From Hormiphora californensis (taxonomy: Eukaryota; Animalia; Ctenophora): a stretch of 64,000 bases of DNA. The stretch covers positions 6,076,001-6,140,000 of the forward strand of contig CM035355.1 of NCBI GenBank assembly GCA_020137815.1. The letters run 5' to 3'. The position numbers and the translations under genes are program-made. Of the stretch, positions 12,010 through 24,505 are shown piece by piece (position 1 is the stretch's first letter; each line of letters begins with the position of its first letter). The notes below the pieces were generated by a model, which saw only the letters and a program-made list of their open reading frames with translations, was not told where the DNA came from and ran no database searches.

Positions 12010-13572
12010 TCAATCACTGTCTGAACTGTTATCTGAACTTTTAGAGTCTGGGGTATCATGTCTGGAGTGTCTGGATGATGAGGCCGCTGGTTTATCATCA
12101 GTCGATCTCCTTCTTCTTACAGGACTGTGTCGCCGCCTTTCAGGAGTTTTATGACGCCTTTTCTCGGGGCTCGGACTTCGCCGGCTTTTTCGTTTCTCGG
12201 GACTTCGCCGGCTCTTCCTTTTTTCTGGGGTTGGGCTTCGTTTGGTTACTTCCTTTTCTGGGCTCGGGCTTTTTCTGCTTCTCCTTTTCTCTGGACTAGG
12301 GCTTCTTCTGCTTTTCCTTTTGTCGGGAGTTCGCCTGCTGTTTCTCCTTTCCGGCGTTCTGTTTTCCTCCCGTGGCCGCTTTTCAGGAGTGGAACTTCGA
12401 CGACGCTGTTTTTCTGGACTGGGACTATCCTTCCTTTTTCTCTCAGGACTACTTTGTTTTTCTGGACTTCGCTTCCTTCTTCGTTCAGGGGTTTTGTTAC
12501 GTCTTCTAGGAGGACTGGGAGATCGGGAAATGTTCCTGTCAGGTGTCCTGCTCCGGCCACTTCTTCTCCGCTTTGGGGAGGACTCTCTTCTGTTGTCTGA
12601 CGTTGTACGGGGAGGAGACCTGGACAACTTTCTCTTGTCGCTACGTCGCGGAGATTTCCTGTCTGAATCGTGCCTTCTTCTAGGAGGGATGGAGGTGTAA
12701 CCGCCGCTATCTGTCCTCCTTCTTACTGCTTTCATTGGTGCCCTTCTCTCGCTAGTTCCACTCTCTCCTGATGGTTTAGGTGCTCGATGCTTGTTTTTAG
12801 GTGGAGGTCCATCATTCACTTCTTTCTTTTCTTTCTTCTCCTTCTTACTTTTCTTCTCTTTCTTGTTCTTCTTCTTCTTCCCAACTCCACCCGCCGGTCC
12901 TGAGCCCTGTTTGTTCAACTTCTTCATCAGCTTTCTCTTCTGTTTATCCGTCAACCCAGCGATAAATGCAACTTCTGGATCCAGTTTATCATCCTCCAGG
13001 ATCTTGTACTTGTTATCGTGGACATCCACTACCTTGTTTATGGCATCCCTCCGCATCTTCAACCCTCCCTCCTCCATGGAACTCAGCAGTGTCATGGGAT
13101 CCTGTCTCCCCAGATCGGGGTTATTCTCATTAATGATGTTACTGTTGTAAAGAGGGCACACCCGCTCTGTGTTCTGGTGACCCCAAACACCACACTTGAT
13201 GCACTTTGTGTTCCGGACCTCAATACCAAATGGTTGATCTGCAACGTCCAGAGTTTTGGCATAGTCACCCGCTCGAGGCGCCGTTTTCTGCCACTCAAAT
13301 CTAACCTCCCGTAACTCTAACTTCTCGTCCTTTTTCCGGCACTCCAAAGGCGGCTCATACATGAAAGTCAGTTTGTCATCTTGCGTTGTTTTGCCATGTT
13401 TCAGCAGATTTTTGTTCTCGTATATTGCCTGTTCCTTGAGATATTGTTTTTGAAGTTCCTCCTGTTTCTTCTTCTCTGAAAGGTGTTTCTGCTCCGCGAT
13501 CCACGTCCTTTTCTGATTTTCATATGTGTGCGGATGGAAGAACTTGTTTCGCATAAACTTTACAAACGCCAT
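12010..13572 (-). CDS. CIR1: CIR1-like (corepressor interacting with RBPJ 1), intronless, ~520 aa
   Basis: N-terminal FMRNKFFHP..ENQKRTWIAEQK (Cir_N), FMYEPP, FEWQKTAPR, DQPFGIEVRN, zinc knuckle CIKCGVWGH..CP, and a K-rich then RS/SP-rich tail. ATG at 13572. Confidence 0.88.
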   Translation of the reverse strand: MAFVKFMRNKFFHPHTYENQKRTWIAEQKHLSEKKKQEELQKQYLKEQAIYENKNLLKHGKTTQDDKLTFMYEPPLECRKKDEKLELREVRFEWQKTAPRAGDYAKTLDVADQPFGIEVRNTKCIKCGVWGHQNTERVCPLYNSNIINENNPDLGRQDPMTLLSSMEEGGLKMRRDAINKVVDVHDNKYKILEDDKLDPEVAFIAGLTDKQKRKLMKKLNKQGSGPAGGVGKKKKNKKEKKSKKEKKEKKEVNDGPPPKNKHRAPKPSGESGTSERRAPMKAVRRRTDSGGYTSIPPRRRHDSDRKSPRRSDKRKLSRSPPRTTSDNRRESSPKRRRSGRSRTPDRNISRSPSPPRRRNKTPERRRKRSPEKQSSPERKRKDSPSPEKQRRRSSTPEKRPREENRTPERRNSRRTPDKRKSRRSPSPEKRRSRKSPSPEKEVTKRSPTPEKRKSRRSPEKRKSRRSPSPEKRRHKTPERRRHSPVRRRRSTDDKPAASSSRHSRHDTPDSKSSDNSSDSD

Positions 13573-14460
13573 CTTGCTTGGTCTCTGTACTGAACGCAAG
13601 GTTGGGGTGTTAGAAATGAAAATTTGATAAGTGGAAATTGGAAAATGAAAAAAGAATCAAAGCACATTCACAATTGCACAAAGTGAGAACAGTGAAAATT
13701 ATCAGCAGTGGGAATGTTAATCAAGAATATTTGCACTGGGATCCTAATTCCTAGGGCCTGCTGAATCACATGCTAAGGCCCAAGGCCCAAGATTTGTAAG
13801 TCAATATCAAAACTTTCAACGAAAAAGCAGTGAGTTAAAATGTTTAAAGGCCTCCAGGAGAACCCCGGTGCCGCAATATTATCAACAGCATGAGAGGACA
13901 AGGGGCAACAAATTCATAAGAGATCACCCCGAAGGAAACACCGGCACTACTAATAATTGTAATTCTAATCACTAATGAGTCAAGCGCCAACCCAGCACAG
14001 GTCGCAGGACAATCGCGATTTTTGGCGCCACCAGAAATTCTACTGGAGTCTTCTGAAATCGGTTGGCTCATGGAGTTTGCAATTTAAGTGGATCCTGTGT
14101 CTCATGAGTAGTGAACTCTCATGTTGTACGCGGTGTCTCATGCCATGAGTGATGACTGATGAGTCACGATTCACAATTCTGAAAACCCACTTGAGGACTT
14201 TTTAAAATTTGAATTTTTTCCCGGTGAAAAAAAATTCTCAAACTAAAATTTTAGGAGCGCGCGCTGATTTGCATCGTTGATTTATCAATATTTTAGCGCG
14301 TTACATTTAATTTCTATGTTTGCAACGCTGCGGACGAAGCGAAAATTATGAGAACTCGATTTTCAAATCTCAAATAAGGAACCATAATAAAGTTCAAGAG
14401 CGCACCCCATCCAAGAGCGCACCACCTCCAAAAGACACCACTCCGAGAGCGCACCACATC

Positions 14461-14605
14461 AAAGAGAGCTCCCCATCCAAAAGATACCGCGCGCAGGGGA
14501 CACCACGCGCAGAAGAGACCGCACGCGCAAATACAACGCCGCGCTGGTCTCTTCTGCGCGTGGTGTCCCCTGCGCGTGGTATCTTCTGGATGGGGAGCTC
14601 TCTTT
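14461..14605. repeat. Hairpin with ~60-bp arms inside the left end of the 7.8-kb element
   Basis: AAAGAGAGCTCCCCATCC...GCAGAAGAGACC pairs with GGTCTCTTCTGC...GGATGGGGAGCTCTCTTT. Confidence 0.85.
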
Positions 14606-15499
14606 TAGTGGGGATCCTTGCTCCATCGTTGTGCGCGCCCGACGTCGGCGACCGTCGCCGACCGTCGGCGACATCGCTGATTGAGCTGACAGTGGCACTC
14701 TCTCCCGCGCGCTGAGCGCTTTTTTCGCGCGGTACGTGTTAGTTCGTTCGGACTGTTTGTGAGTGTGACTGAAAATGGATTTTGTCACCCAAAGTGGCCG
14801 GTCGCCTTGGAAACTTGCAGGACACCATTGAGATAGTAAGTTAAACGGAAATATGGGACTTGAGAGTCCCAACATGGTAATACAATATAGAGCTGGCCGT
14901 GGGGAAGGTATATCATACAATGGTGTCCTATAAACAGCAGTTAGAAAGTAGACCAATTTATCAAAACTACCGCAGTGGGTAGTGGCACTGAGCCGCAATA
15001 AAACAGAAAACATCAATGAAAGGATGGCATTTTTAGGTCAGCTCGATAGTCAAAACACTCTATAATGAAAATTCCGCTCTGTATTCTCCTTCTAATAACA
15101 GGGGTAATAATAGACATGTTCGGTATTGTTTATGAGTCCATTCACTGTTATTCCTATTCCATGTAAACAGCATATACAGTGTAGGGGAGTAAGGAATATT
15201 CTGTTTCAATGTCCTCAATGACATCACAGCATACATCACAACAGCACCCACAGGCCACAGTCGCCGTCATAGTAACATGTGGTGCAGTTTGTTACAGTCA
15301 ACTCCAAAGTCGAATTCCGGCTCTGAGTGATCCTGGAGAGGAGGAGATGGGGTGTTAGGGCCTGGTTAATCAGGGGGTGAGTTAGGGGTGTTGGTGTGAG
15401 ATAGATAGAAACTGGGGTTTCGGTTCAGATAGCAGGTGTTAAGTGATTAGTGCCAGTACACGAGAGTGTAAATTAGCAGTTAGGCGATTGAGAAAAACA

Positions 15500-18400
15500 A
15501 CCTAACTGGGAATTAAATAAAAATTATTATTGGGGGCGGCTTATTTGCAAAGGGAAACTCATCAAAATCGAAGGCGGACTCTATTTTAAAAAAAACGGAC
15601 TCTTTATTACATTTAGTTTTTAAAAAAAAATTTTTAAAGATAAAGGTCCTCCCTGTTTTTGGATTTTTTAGAAAAAGGGAAGCCCCGCCCTGGTAGAATT
15701 TTGGGAATAGAGCCCTCTATTTACTTTTTGGGCGCCAAACCTTTTCCCAAACCCGGACTCATGTCAAAAAACCCAAACCCCCCCCCCAAAACCTAACCCT
15801 AACACTCCCCCTAAAAAAACCTCGCCCCAAAAAATTAAGGGCCCCAAACATTTCTAAATTAGTATAGGGGTAGGGGGCAAACTCTCGTTTTCGGAAACGG
15901 AAAAAAATTCTCGAGTTCGCGGGGGGAAAAGGCGGACCTATATCAAATTTTTAGTTTTATGTAAATGAGTCCACTTTTTTTAGATTTTTTAGAAAGGGGG
16001 CCCCCCTGTGGTGGGACTTTAGATTTTAGATCCCCCTAGAGTTTAGCCCTTTTTGGGATCTTTATCAAAAATCTAAATTTGGATTTTAGAGCCCTGTAAA
16101 ATTAGATTTGTACCCACAAAACAGTTCCCCCACCCCAAATATAAATTAATTAGATGTTTAGAGTGGACAAAAAACCCTTATCACGTAATCTTCCTTATCG
16201 GGCTGGGAAATAGTTCCAGCTGAGAATCTTTGGTTTGCGGGGCCCGGGGGAAGAGGGGGAAGGGGGAAAAAAAAAAGGGGAAAAATGGGGCCCCAAGGGG
16301 GGAGGGAAAAAAAAGGGAGGGGGGGGGGGGGCAAAAGAGGGGGGAAAAAAAAAAGGGGGAACCGGGGGCAGGGAGAAGGGGAGGTAGGGAAAAAAAGGAA
16401 AAGGGGAGGGGGGGAAGAGAAAAGAAGGTAGGGAATTTTTTTTGGGGAAAACAGGTTTTCCCCGGGAAAATTTGGGAGGGGGGCAACGAAAAAGAGGGAA
16501 TTTTTTTAAAGAAAAACCTTAAAAGGTTTTTCACCTTTTAATTTAAAAAAAAGTTTTAACTAAAAATAACAAAAACAATTTTTGGGTTTTTCCAAAGAAA
16601 AGAGGGGAAAAGGGCCCCCCCAGACCATTAACCCCTTTTTCCCCCTTTCAAAAAAAATTTGGAAGGGGTTTTTTTTAAAAAATGTTTTTCCGGTTTCCAC
16701 ATGGAAAAAAAGGGCTTTTAAAAAGGGGGGTTAAAAGGGGTAAAAGAAGAAGGGGGTTTTTTGAGGAAAAAAATTTTGGGGGAAAAAGGAAAAATCAAAA
16801 ATGAAAAAAAAACCTTAAAAAAGGGAGGGTTGGCTCAAAGGGGACATTTGTAAATGGGGAAAAGAGGAAAAATGGGGGATCCCAATTTTAAAAATTAATC
16901 CAAAAAAAACCCCAAAAAAAAAGGGATAAAAAATTTTTGGGGTTAATTTTAAGAAAAGGAAATAAAAAAACACCCAAAAGGGGGTAAAAAAGGGGGAAAG
17001 AAAAAAAAGTTTGAAAAAGGGGAAAATTTTAAAAAAAAAATGGAACCTCTTGAAAAAACCCCCCAAAAATTTTAAATTTTTAAATAAAAATTTTTGGAAA
17101 AAAAGGGGGAAATAGGAAAACGGGGGGGAAAGAAAAAAAGAAAAAGAAAGGAAAGGGCCCCCAAAGGAAAAGGGAAAAAACAAGGGGGGAAAAAAAAAGG
17201 GGAACAAAAAAAACGGGAAAGGGAAAAAGGGAAAAAAAGCCCAAAGAAAGGGGGGGGCCCCCCAAAAGGAAAGGGTTTTTTTTTAAAAAAGGGAAAAGGG
17301 GGTTTAAAAAAAAGGGAAAAGGGGAAACCCAATTTTGGGGAAAGGGGGTTTTTAAAGCGAGAACCCAAAAAAGGAAACCTTAAAACCCCTTTCCCGAAAA
17401 AACCAAAAACCGCCCAAAAAAAAAACCCCCCCCCCCCCTTTTTTCCCCCCCCCCCTTTTTTTTCTTCCCCCCTCTTCTTCTCCTACTTTCCCTCTCCCTC
17501 TTTTCTCTCCTTCCTCCCCTTCTCTCTCTTTTTCTCTCTCTATTTCTCTGGGGGGGGTTTTTTCCAAAGACCACCCGACAAAACTGACATTAAACACTAG
17601 CCAAAAGCCCCCACCAGGACCAAATATCAACCGGCTCACACCCCCAAAACAAAATTTGGGATAAACCAGTGCCAAAGGGTTTTAGGGGGTGTATTTTTTG
17701 GGGGAAATTTCCGTTTTTAAGGGTCCTTTTCTGATACGCAGGGAAGCCCCGAGGGGGGGGAAAACGGGTAAATTGTTTTTGGGAATAACAGAGTTTTGAC
17801 GTTTTAAAAAGCCTTGACAGTCAATTATAATTTAACCCGGAAATAAAAAAACTCCCACTGGAACACTGGGGGTGTTATGGTCAACAGTAAGGTAACAAAA
17901 TCCCCTTTCCATCGGGTTAGTGGGACCAAAAGGAGCTACCAAACCGGGGGGGTTTTAGTCGGGAGTGCCCTAACCCCTTTTCCAATCAACAAACCCTTCC
18001 CGCAGGGAGAAGGATGGGGTTAGTATAGGCAGGGGTTTTTAAATGAAAAGGAAAAGAGAAAAAAAAAGGGGAAGGGGAAGGGGAAGGGAAAAGGGAAGGG
18101 AAGGGAAAAGGGAAAGGAAGGGAAGGGGAAAGGGGAAAGGGGAAAGGGGAAGGGGAAAGGGGAAAGGGGGGGAAAGGGGAAGGGGAAAGGGGAAAGGGGA
18201 AAGGGAAAAGGGGGGGGAAAGGGAAAGGGAAGGGAAGGGAAAAGGGAAAGGGAAAGGGAAGGGAAGGGAAGGGAAGGGGGGGAAAGGGAAAAAGGGGAAA
18301 GGGGAAAAGGGGGGGAAAGGAAGGGGAAGGGAAAGGGGAAAGGGGAAAGGGGAAAGGGCCCAAAGGGGAAAGGGGAAAGGGCCCAAAGGGGAAGGGGGCC

Positions 18401-19450
18401 CAAAGGGGAAAGGAAAGGGCCCGGGGGAAAGGGGGGGGCCAAGGGGAAGGGGAAAGGGCCCAAAGGGAAAAAGAAAAGGGGGCCAAAGGGGAAAGGGAAA
18501 ATATTAATATTACTGGGGTTTTACTGCGATAATTCACCTCTGTTTTTAGTTTTGGGGTTGGTAGGGTTCAGGTATCCACGTTCTATACCCAATTTCCGCT
18601 TTGACGTTTTAAAAAAACCCTTTGACAGCCCAACCCTGTTTAAAGTTCCCCTGTTTTAAAAAACTCCCCCGGGGAAAACCACTCGGTTTTTGTTATGGTC
18701 AAAAAAAAAGGGGAAAACAAAAATTCCTATATCACTGTTTAGGGGGATAAATAATGAGCTCCCTAACTCGGGGGGGTAGTTGAGTGCCCTCCCCCCTTTT
18801 TCCAAAAACCCTAAACCCTGCAGCAGGGAGAAGGATGGGGATTTACGTATGGCAGATTTTTGAAATGAAAGGAAAAAAAAAAAGGAAAAGGGAAGGGAAA
18901 GAGAAGAAAAGAGAGAGAAGAAAAGGGGAAAAGGGAAGGGAAGGGGGGGGGAAAGGGGAAAGGGAAAGGGGAAGGGAAAGGGGGGGGGGAAAGGGGAAAG
19001 GGGCAAAGGGAAGGGGGGGGAAAGGGGAAAGGGGAAAGGAAAGGGAAAGGGAAAGGGGAAGGGGAAAGGGGAAGGGAAGGGGAAGGGGGGGAAAGGGAAG
19101 GGAAGGGGAAAGGGGAAGGGAAGGAAGGGAAGGGGAAGGGGAAAGGGGAAAAGGGAAAGGGGAAAGGGAAGGGAAAGGGAAGGGAAGGGGGGGAAAGGGG
19201 GGAAGGGGAAAGGGGGAAGGGGGGGGGGGGGGGGGAAAGGGAAAAAGGGGGAAGGGCCAAGGGAAGGGAAGGCCAAGGGAAAAAAAAGGCCAAAGGGGGG
19301 AAGGGGAAAGGGGCCAAGGAAGGGAAGGCCAAGGGAAGAGAAGGCCAAGGGAAGGGAAAATATTACTATTACTGTAGTATTACTGCGATAATTCACCTCT
19401 AGCTTAGTATTGGTTGTGTGAGTGTTCACTGTAGTCCACGTTCTATAGCA
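15500..19450. other. Homopolymer-inflated, probably low-quality sequence; includes a degraded ~0.8-kb tandem duplication (~17800-18600, ~18600-19450) around GA-rich tracts
   Basis: Abrupt excess of A/G/C/T runs. The anchors GACGTTTTAAAAA..CCTTGACAG, GCAGGGAGAAGGATGGGG and TTACTGCGATAATTCACCTCT are each repeated. Confidence 0.7.
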
Positions 19451-20614
19451 ATCCTGCCTAGCCATGGACGTTGTAGAAGCTTGGTCTTTATTCCTGTGTT
19501 TATCATATATCAGTTGGCACCTGGGTAGCGCAAAGATAGTTATATATTGTAGAGGATAATGTTGCGACATTGGTGTAGAAAGATGTAAAAAACAGTTGTT
19601 ACTAGAATATCCTGCGATCGAGAATCTCCAAGACAACTCACTTGGTTTATGAAAAATGGTTCTGATGGATCATTGTCATGTCTGGGTTTTGATTCTATAT
19701 GTATCAGAGGTGGTGGTTTTCAGGCAACTGTATTTTTCAAACAATGGTGCAGTGGGTGTTGTTTACTTTAGAAGCTTCAATTAATTATATTGAAAAAAGA
19801 ATACACTCAAATTATTTTATGACGAAAATCTCCACTCGCAAAAGATTTCGAGAGATATCGAAATGTATAGCACACTAGCCCAATTCGTTAAATTGAACGA
19901 CAGGTAAGTGATAAATGCGGAGGAGGTACAGGTTTGCCAGTGCTCTAACGTTTCAAAAATTAAATTGAAACACAAGTTTTGATTATACTAAAAAATCCAA
20001 ATTTCAAAAAGTTTCAAACTTTCAACACTACTTTAAACAAATTAATTTGAGCCAAAATGGTTGACGATTGTGATCAAGTGGAGAGAAGCAGAAACGTAGA
20101 CTCAAGGAGCTGCGTGATGACGACACTGCTAACGCTAAGGTAAAGAGACTGATCGATGCCTACAGCCCTACTGTTCTCCACAACACTAACGTTAAAAAAC
20201 TGAAACGTTTTTCTGACGACACGCTAGAGCAGGCCGCGACATCCCTGGGATCGGGGAACAAGAGGTACAAATCTAAAGCTTCCTGCTTCCCTGATTGATT
20301 GGCTCAATAATGGCCATAGAAGGACTTTTTGAACAGTTCGGCGGTGCGTGTGAGAGCTATTACACCTTAAAGAAGGTTTACAACACAACTAGCAAAAACG
20401 TAGTTAAAACAGTTTTAACAGTGACAAATTGTTTATCCAGGCATTTGGTCAAGGCTCAAGGCTGCTCAAGCTTTTTCATTTTTATTATTATTATTAAATC
20501 TAAAATGTATACATTGGATAAAATACAACATATACTGCCCCTTTTTGTGGGCTAAATTGATAGTCATAAGGTTCCTTTTGAAGTCTCTTTAGAGTACAAA
20601 TTACATGTAGCAGG

Positions 20615-21628
20615 TCAGCCACATTTAATTACCCCCCTGCTAACCCAGTATCGTCCATTCGGATTGTCTCGCCTCAGTCCTTTCACTGTATCAACGAGAG
20701 TTTTCCGCTCTCGCTGCTCCTCCGGTGTTAGGTCGGGGGAGAGAAACACCGAGGAGAATTTCTCTGAATCTCGGAGCTGTTTTGCTTTTCTTAGAAGTTG
20801 TAACAAAGTTTCCCTCCTTTCAAGTGTAACAATTACTGGTCTCGGTCGGTTATCAGTCTTTTCGCCAATACGCTTTGTAGAAGATATGACTGGTTTTTCA
20901 TTGAGCTCTCCAAAGATATCCTGAACTTCATGCTCAGTAGCCCTTGCCGTAGTTTCTGGCAGCCCAAATATAACCAAATTCAACTTGCGATCAAGAGTTG
21001 CTTCTTCCGGGGTTGTACTTGGATGGGGTACAGTCGCTTTCTTCAATGCTGCTTGGAGGCGGGATGGTGCAATAGCTGCAGAGCAATTCTGTACAAGCAC
21101 CTTGGAGTAGCCCTGCAAATGCTTCTGAACAGACTCTGACACTGAACTAAGTTTCCGACCTTGTACTTCAATCAAAGTATTTTGTGCTTCAATCAGCTTC
21201 TCTTGCAGTTCAATCCTTGATACCCGATGTTTGTCGATTTCTTCCTTAAAAGTGCCAAGCTCTTCTTGTACCTCCTTGAGCTTCTGATTACACTCCACTA
21301 GTTCCAGGCGTTCTTTCATTCGGGCAGTTGCATACAGACGTTTCTCCTTCATAACTGGTCCTATTTCTCTCACTATCCGAAAAATATGACGAGAGAGGTT
21401 CTCGGTGAAAGCCATGAAACGATCAACATTATACTTTCTCATTTCGGAGTCTTTCGGCAGTGCGTCCTCAATATACTGCTCAGGATCCTCATACAAACTA
21501 GAATCCAATAATTTGGACAATACTCCATCAACATGTTGTTCACTTGGTTGTTTGAGCCCGTTCTTGATATAAAAAAAACGCCCTCTACTGCACAACGAAG
21601 TTTTTCCATCATCGACAAATCCCAGCAT
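20615..21628 (-). CDS. LINE ORF1-like protein (coiled coil + RRM + CTD, L2/CR1/L1-ORF1 type); no ORF2 seen
   Basis: 337-aa ORF with a coiled coil followed by DRKLNLVIFGLPE, RIGEKTDNRPRPVIVTL and VFLSPDLTPEEQRERK, motifs typical of non-LTR retrotransposon ORF1. The start codon is uncertain. Confidence 0.75.
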   Translation of the reverse strand: MLGFVDDGKTSLCSRGRFFYIKNGLKQPSEQHVDGVLSKLLDSSLYEDPEQYIEDALPKDSEMRKYNVDRFMAFTENLSRHIFRIVREIGPVMKEKRLYATARMKERLELVECNQKLKEVQEELGTFKEEIDKHRVSRIELQEKLIEAQNTLIEVQGRKLSSVSESVQKHLQGYSKVLVQNCSAAIAPSRLQAALKKATVPHPSTTPEEATLDRKLNLVIFGLPETTARATEHEVQDIFGELNEKPVISSTKRIGEKTDNRPRPVIVTLERRETLLQLLRKAKQLRDSEKFSSVFLSPDLTPEEQRERKTLVDTVKGLRRDNPNGRYWVSRGVIKCG

Positions 21629-22920
21629 TCCAGTGGATCGGCATCTGCATCAGAGGTATTAAGTTTCTCCGTCATAACTTCTGCCTGCCCCTACGGGCGG
21701 TCTCAACATCCTGAGGACATATCTCAAATTAATTTGTTTAAAGTAGTGTTGAAAAGTTCAAAAATTTCTCTCAACGATAAACATAAAAAAGTAGCTAAAT
21801 TTTGGGTAAAGATGAATTTATAACTTTGGAATCAAGAACGGCACTAATAAAACAGAATACAAAGAAAGAAAATCGAAATCGCACAGAGCGTCCGGATCGA
21901 ACCTCCCAGAATCCACCGAAGTGGAAATGAAAAATTTTTGGTTTGGCTCGAGTACGGACGAACAAGTGGCAGAGCGCGCGCAAACAAGAACAAAATGCGC
22001 GGCTTGGAATTGCGCGGTCTGGAGCTGCGCTCTCCACTATTTGATGTGGTGCGCTCTTGAAGTGGTGTCTTCTGGAGGTGGTGCGCTCTTGGGTGTGGTC
22101 TCTTTTGGGTGTGGTGCGCTCTCAGGTGTGGTCTCTCTTCGATCGGGTGCTCTCTTGGGTGCTCTTGGAGGCTCTTGAACTTTATTATGGTTCCTTATCT
22201 TGCTTCTGGACGTTTTTTAAAGTTTAAAAACGGGCCGTTGAAGGTGAAAATAATTGAGTTTTGCATTGAATTGTAGTTAGAGAACCCTATGTACAGGATT
22301 ACTCGTTCGTTACGTTGCAGTTCGTTTCACTTTTGCTTGTCTCAGACACCAATAAGGGCTCTTCCTCTCACTAAAATGCAACTTAAATCCGTCTCAAATA
22401 CCCATTTCTAGCACACATGAACTCCCAGTTACCACTGAACTGTCTCTCGGGCCTGGCCTAGTCTCATCACTAAATTACAGCTACATTCTTGGCCAATATT
22501 ACCCACCGCCCCACCCCCACCCGCCCTCCCCCACCCACCTCTCCCAATATAGCGGACATTGCTATACACCACACTACAGAGACAATCCTTGTGTTTTGGT
22601 GCACTAAGTCGCTTATCGCGTGTAACAACTAACAAATGTTCTTATCTGTCCCATCCGCATAGTATTCTAGAACATTTTACAGTATATTGGTGCTACATTC
22701 AGTCCTACCCCTTATCTGTGTTCAATCGTTTTTGTTTATCTTCATCTCCGATCCACTGGAAATGCACATACCTCTCATCTCATCATCAACAACATCACGG
22801 TACCAATCATCCATCAAAATTCTGTAAGTTCACCTGTCCGTATTGTCTGTTCACAGATTGTGTAAAGTTTATATTGTGAATGTAATTTACTATTCAAAAC
22901 ACGGTAAACATCGGGATTCC

Positions 22921-23075
22921 AGACCCAAACTCAAGAAATTCTCAAAGGCAAAACGTTACCTTGTTCCAGACCAAACTAAACTCAAGACACTCTCAAAGGC
23001 AAAACGTTACCTTGATCCAGACTAAACCAAACTCAAGACTCTCTCAAAGGCAAAACGTTACCTTGTTCCAGACTC
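22921..23075. repeat. Tandem repeat, ~50-bp unit x3 (AAACTCAAGA..CTCAAAGGCAAAACGTTACCTTG.TCCAGAC)
   Basis: Direct repeats read in the sequence. Confidence 0.8.
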
Positions 23076-23305
23076 AGAAGCTGACAGGACATAAAGCTTG
23101 CGTGAGAGTGCCCGAATACAGACCACAAACAGTTAGAATATCAGAGAAATTTTGTTTGATTTTGGTGTAATTTTGAGCGTGATATTTTAGCTACTATCTT
23201 TCATACAGACCACAGACTTTATGACAGGTTGCAACACCGTTCTGTCGTGCGGCAGAGTTTGGTACGCTATAACCTAGAGCCACACACACACACACACCCT
23301 ATGTA

Positions 23306-24505
23306 CAGGGTGTCCCACTGTCTTTGCGTGACCTGTAATTTTGGGTGATGAGTGGGTTCCATTCAAATGCTCATAACTCTTCGAAAAATATGTCAAAACA
23401 GCTCAACCAAAAACAGTGTTGTAGAGAATTGTCAGGCGAGCATTTGGGTACAAGATTGATGTTCCAAGTCTTACCAACCGTCAGATATATCGTCTTAAAG
23501 TCAAAAATACGTGTTCATGAAATCAGACCGGGGTTCACGTTTTGAAAAATTCACAAATGCAAAGTTGCTCGGATCACATTACATCCCTCATAAGAGTTGT
23601 AGGAAATTGTCTGGCAGTCATTTTGGTACCCGGGTTTTTGTCCTAGCTCAATGTTTAGAGTGTCTTATGACTGTCTAAAGACGAAATTCAACCAACATTT
23701 TTGAGGGGATCACGTATCATCAACAAATGGGTAAAATGGTTTGAAATTTACAAGAGCTTCATTGGAATCGTCTAAGGTTCATTTTGATACCATGATTTTT
23801 TTCCATAGCTCTACGTTTTAGTTGCGTTATGACTGTAGGAACATAAAAAATTTTCTACGCTGAGTCTTAGTTGGTATCGGCTCACAACGCCTAATTAGGT
23901 GGCTCGGTGTCGTGTGTAATCCCATGATAATCAGCACATATCGTCTCAATTTCATCTAGACACTTGACAGGGTTGTTATGACGATTTGGCAAGGCCCCTG
24001 TTAATGTGTAGGATACGCAAGTGGTCTATCTCAACCCTATCATGCACTAAGATGTTATTCAAGCAGCAATGAGCTTCATAACAGGGCAAAATGTAATGCG
24101 ATACCTGAGACCACTTTTGTGAAAATTCCAGTTCTGACAGTCATAGGACACTCTAAACATTGAGCTAGGACAAAAACCCGGGTACCAAAATGACCGCCAG
24201 ACAATTTCCTACAACTGTTATGAGGGATGCAATGTGATCCGAGCAACTTTGCATTTGTGAATTTTTCAAAACGTGAACCCCGGTCGGATTTCATGAACAC
24301 GTATTTTTGACTTTAAGACGATATATCTGACGGTTGGTAAGACTTGGAACATCAATCTTGTACCCAAATGTTCGCCTGACAATTTTCTACAACACTGTTT
24401 TTGGTTGAGCCGTTTTGACCTATTTTTCGATGAGTTATGAGCATTTGAATGGAACCCACTCATCACCCAAAATCACAGGTCACGCAAAGACAGTGGGACA
24501 CCCTG
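23306..24505. mobile_element. 1.2-kb non-autonomous Tc1/mariner-type element with ~370-bp TIRs and TA TSD
   Basis: TA|CAGGGTGTCCCACTGTCTTTGCGTG...CACGCAAAGACAGTGGGACACCCTG|TA. The mirror-image ORFs 23345+ and 24466- come from the TIRs. Confidence 0.92.

Larger units (their letters stand above)
14374..22198. mobile_element. ~7.8-kb segment bounded by inverted repeats (ATAAGGAACCATAATAAAGTTCAAGAG plus GAGCGCACCAC sub-repeats); probable composite non-autonomous DNA transposon
   Basis: 14374-14463 is the reverse complement of parts of 22040-22198. No transposase ORF is visible and the TSD is ambiguous (TA possible). Confidence 0.6.

Noticed and set aside
12075-13314. Several plus-strand ORFs over CIR1
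   Set aside because: Antisense shadows of the RS/K-rich coding sequence
16181-19636. Long G/K/R/E-rich and F/P-rich ORFs
   Set aside because: Translations of homopolymer-inflated GA tracts in probably erroneous sequence
23345-24466. Pair of near-identical 66-aa ORFs on opposite strands
   Set aside because: By-product of the element's inverted repeats; no transposase motifs
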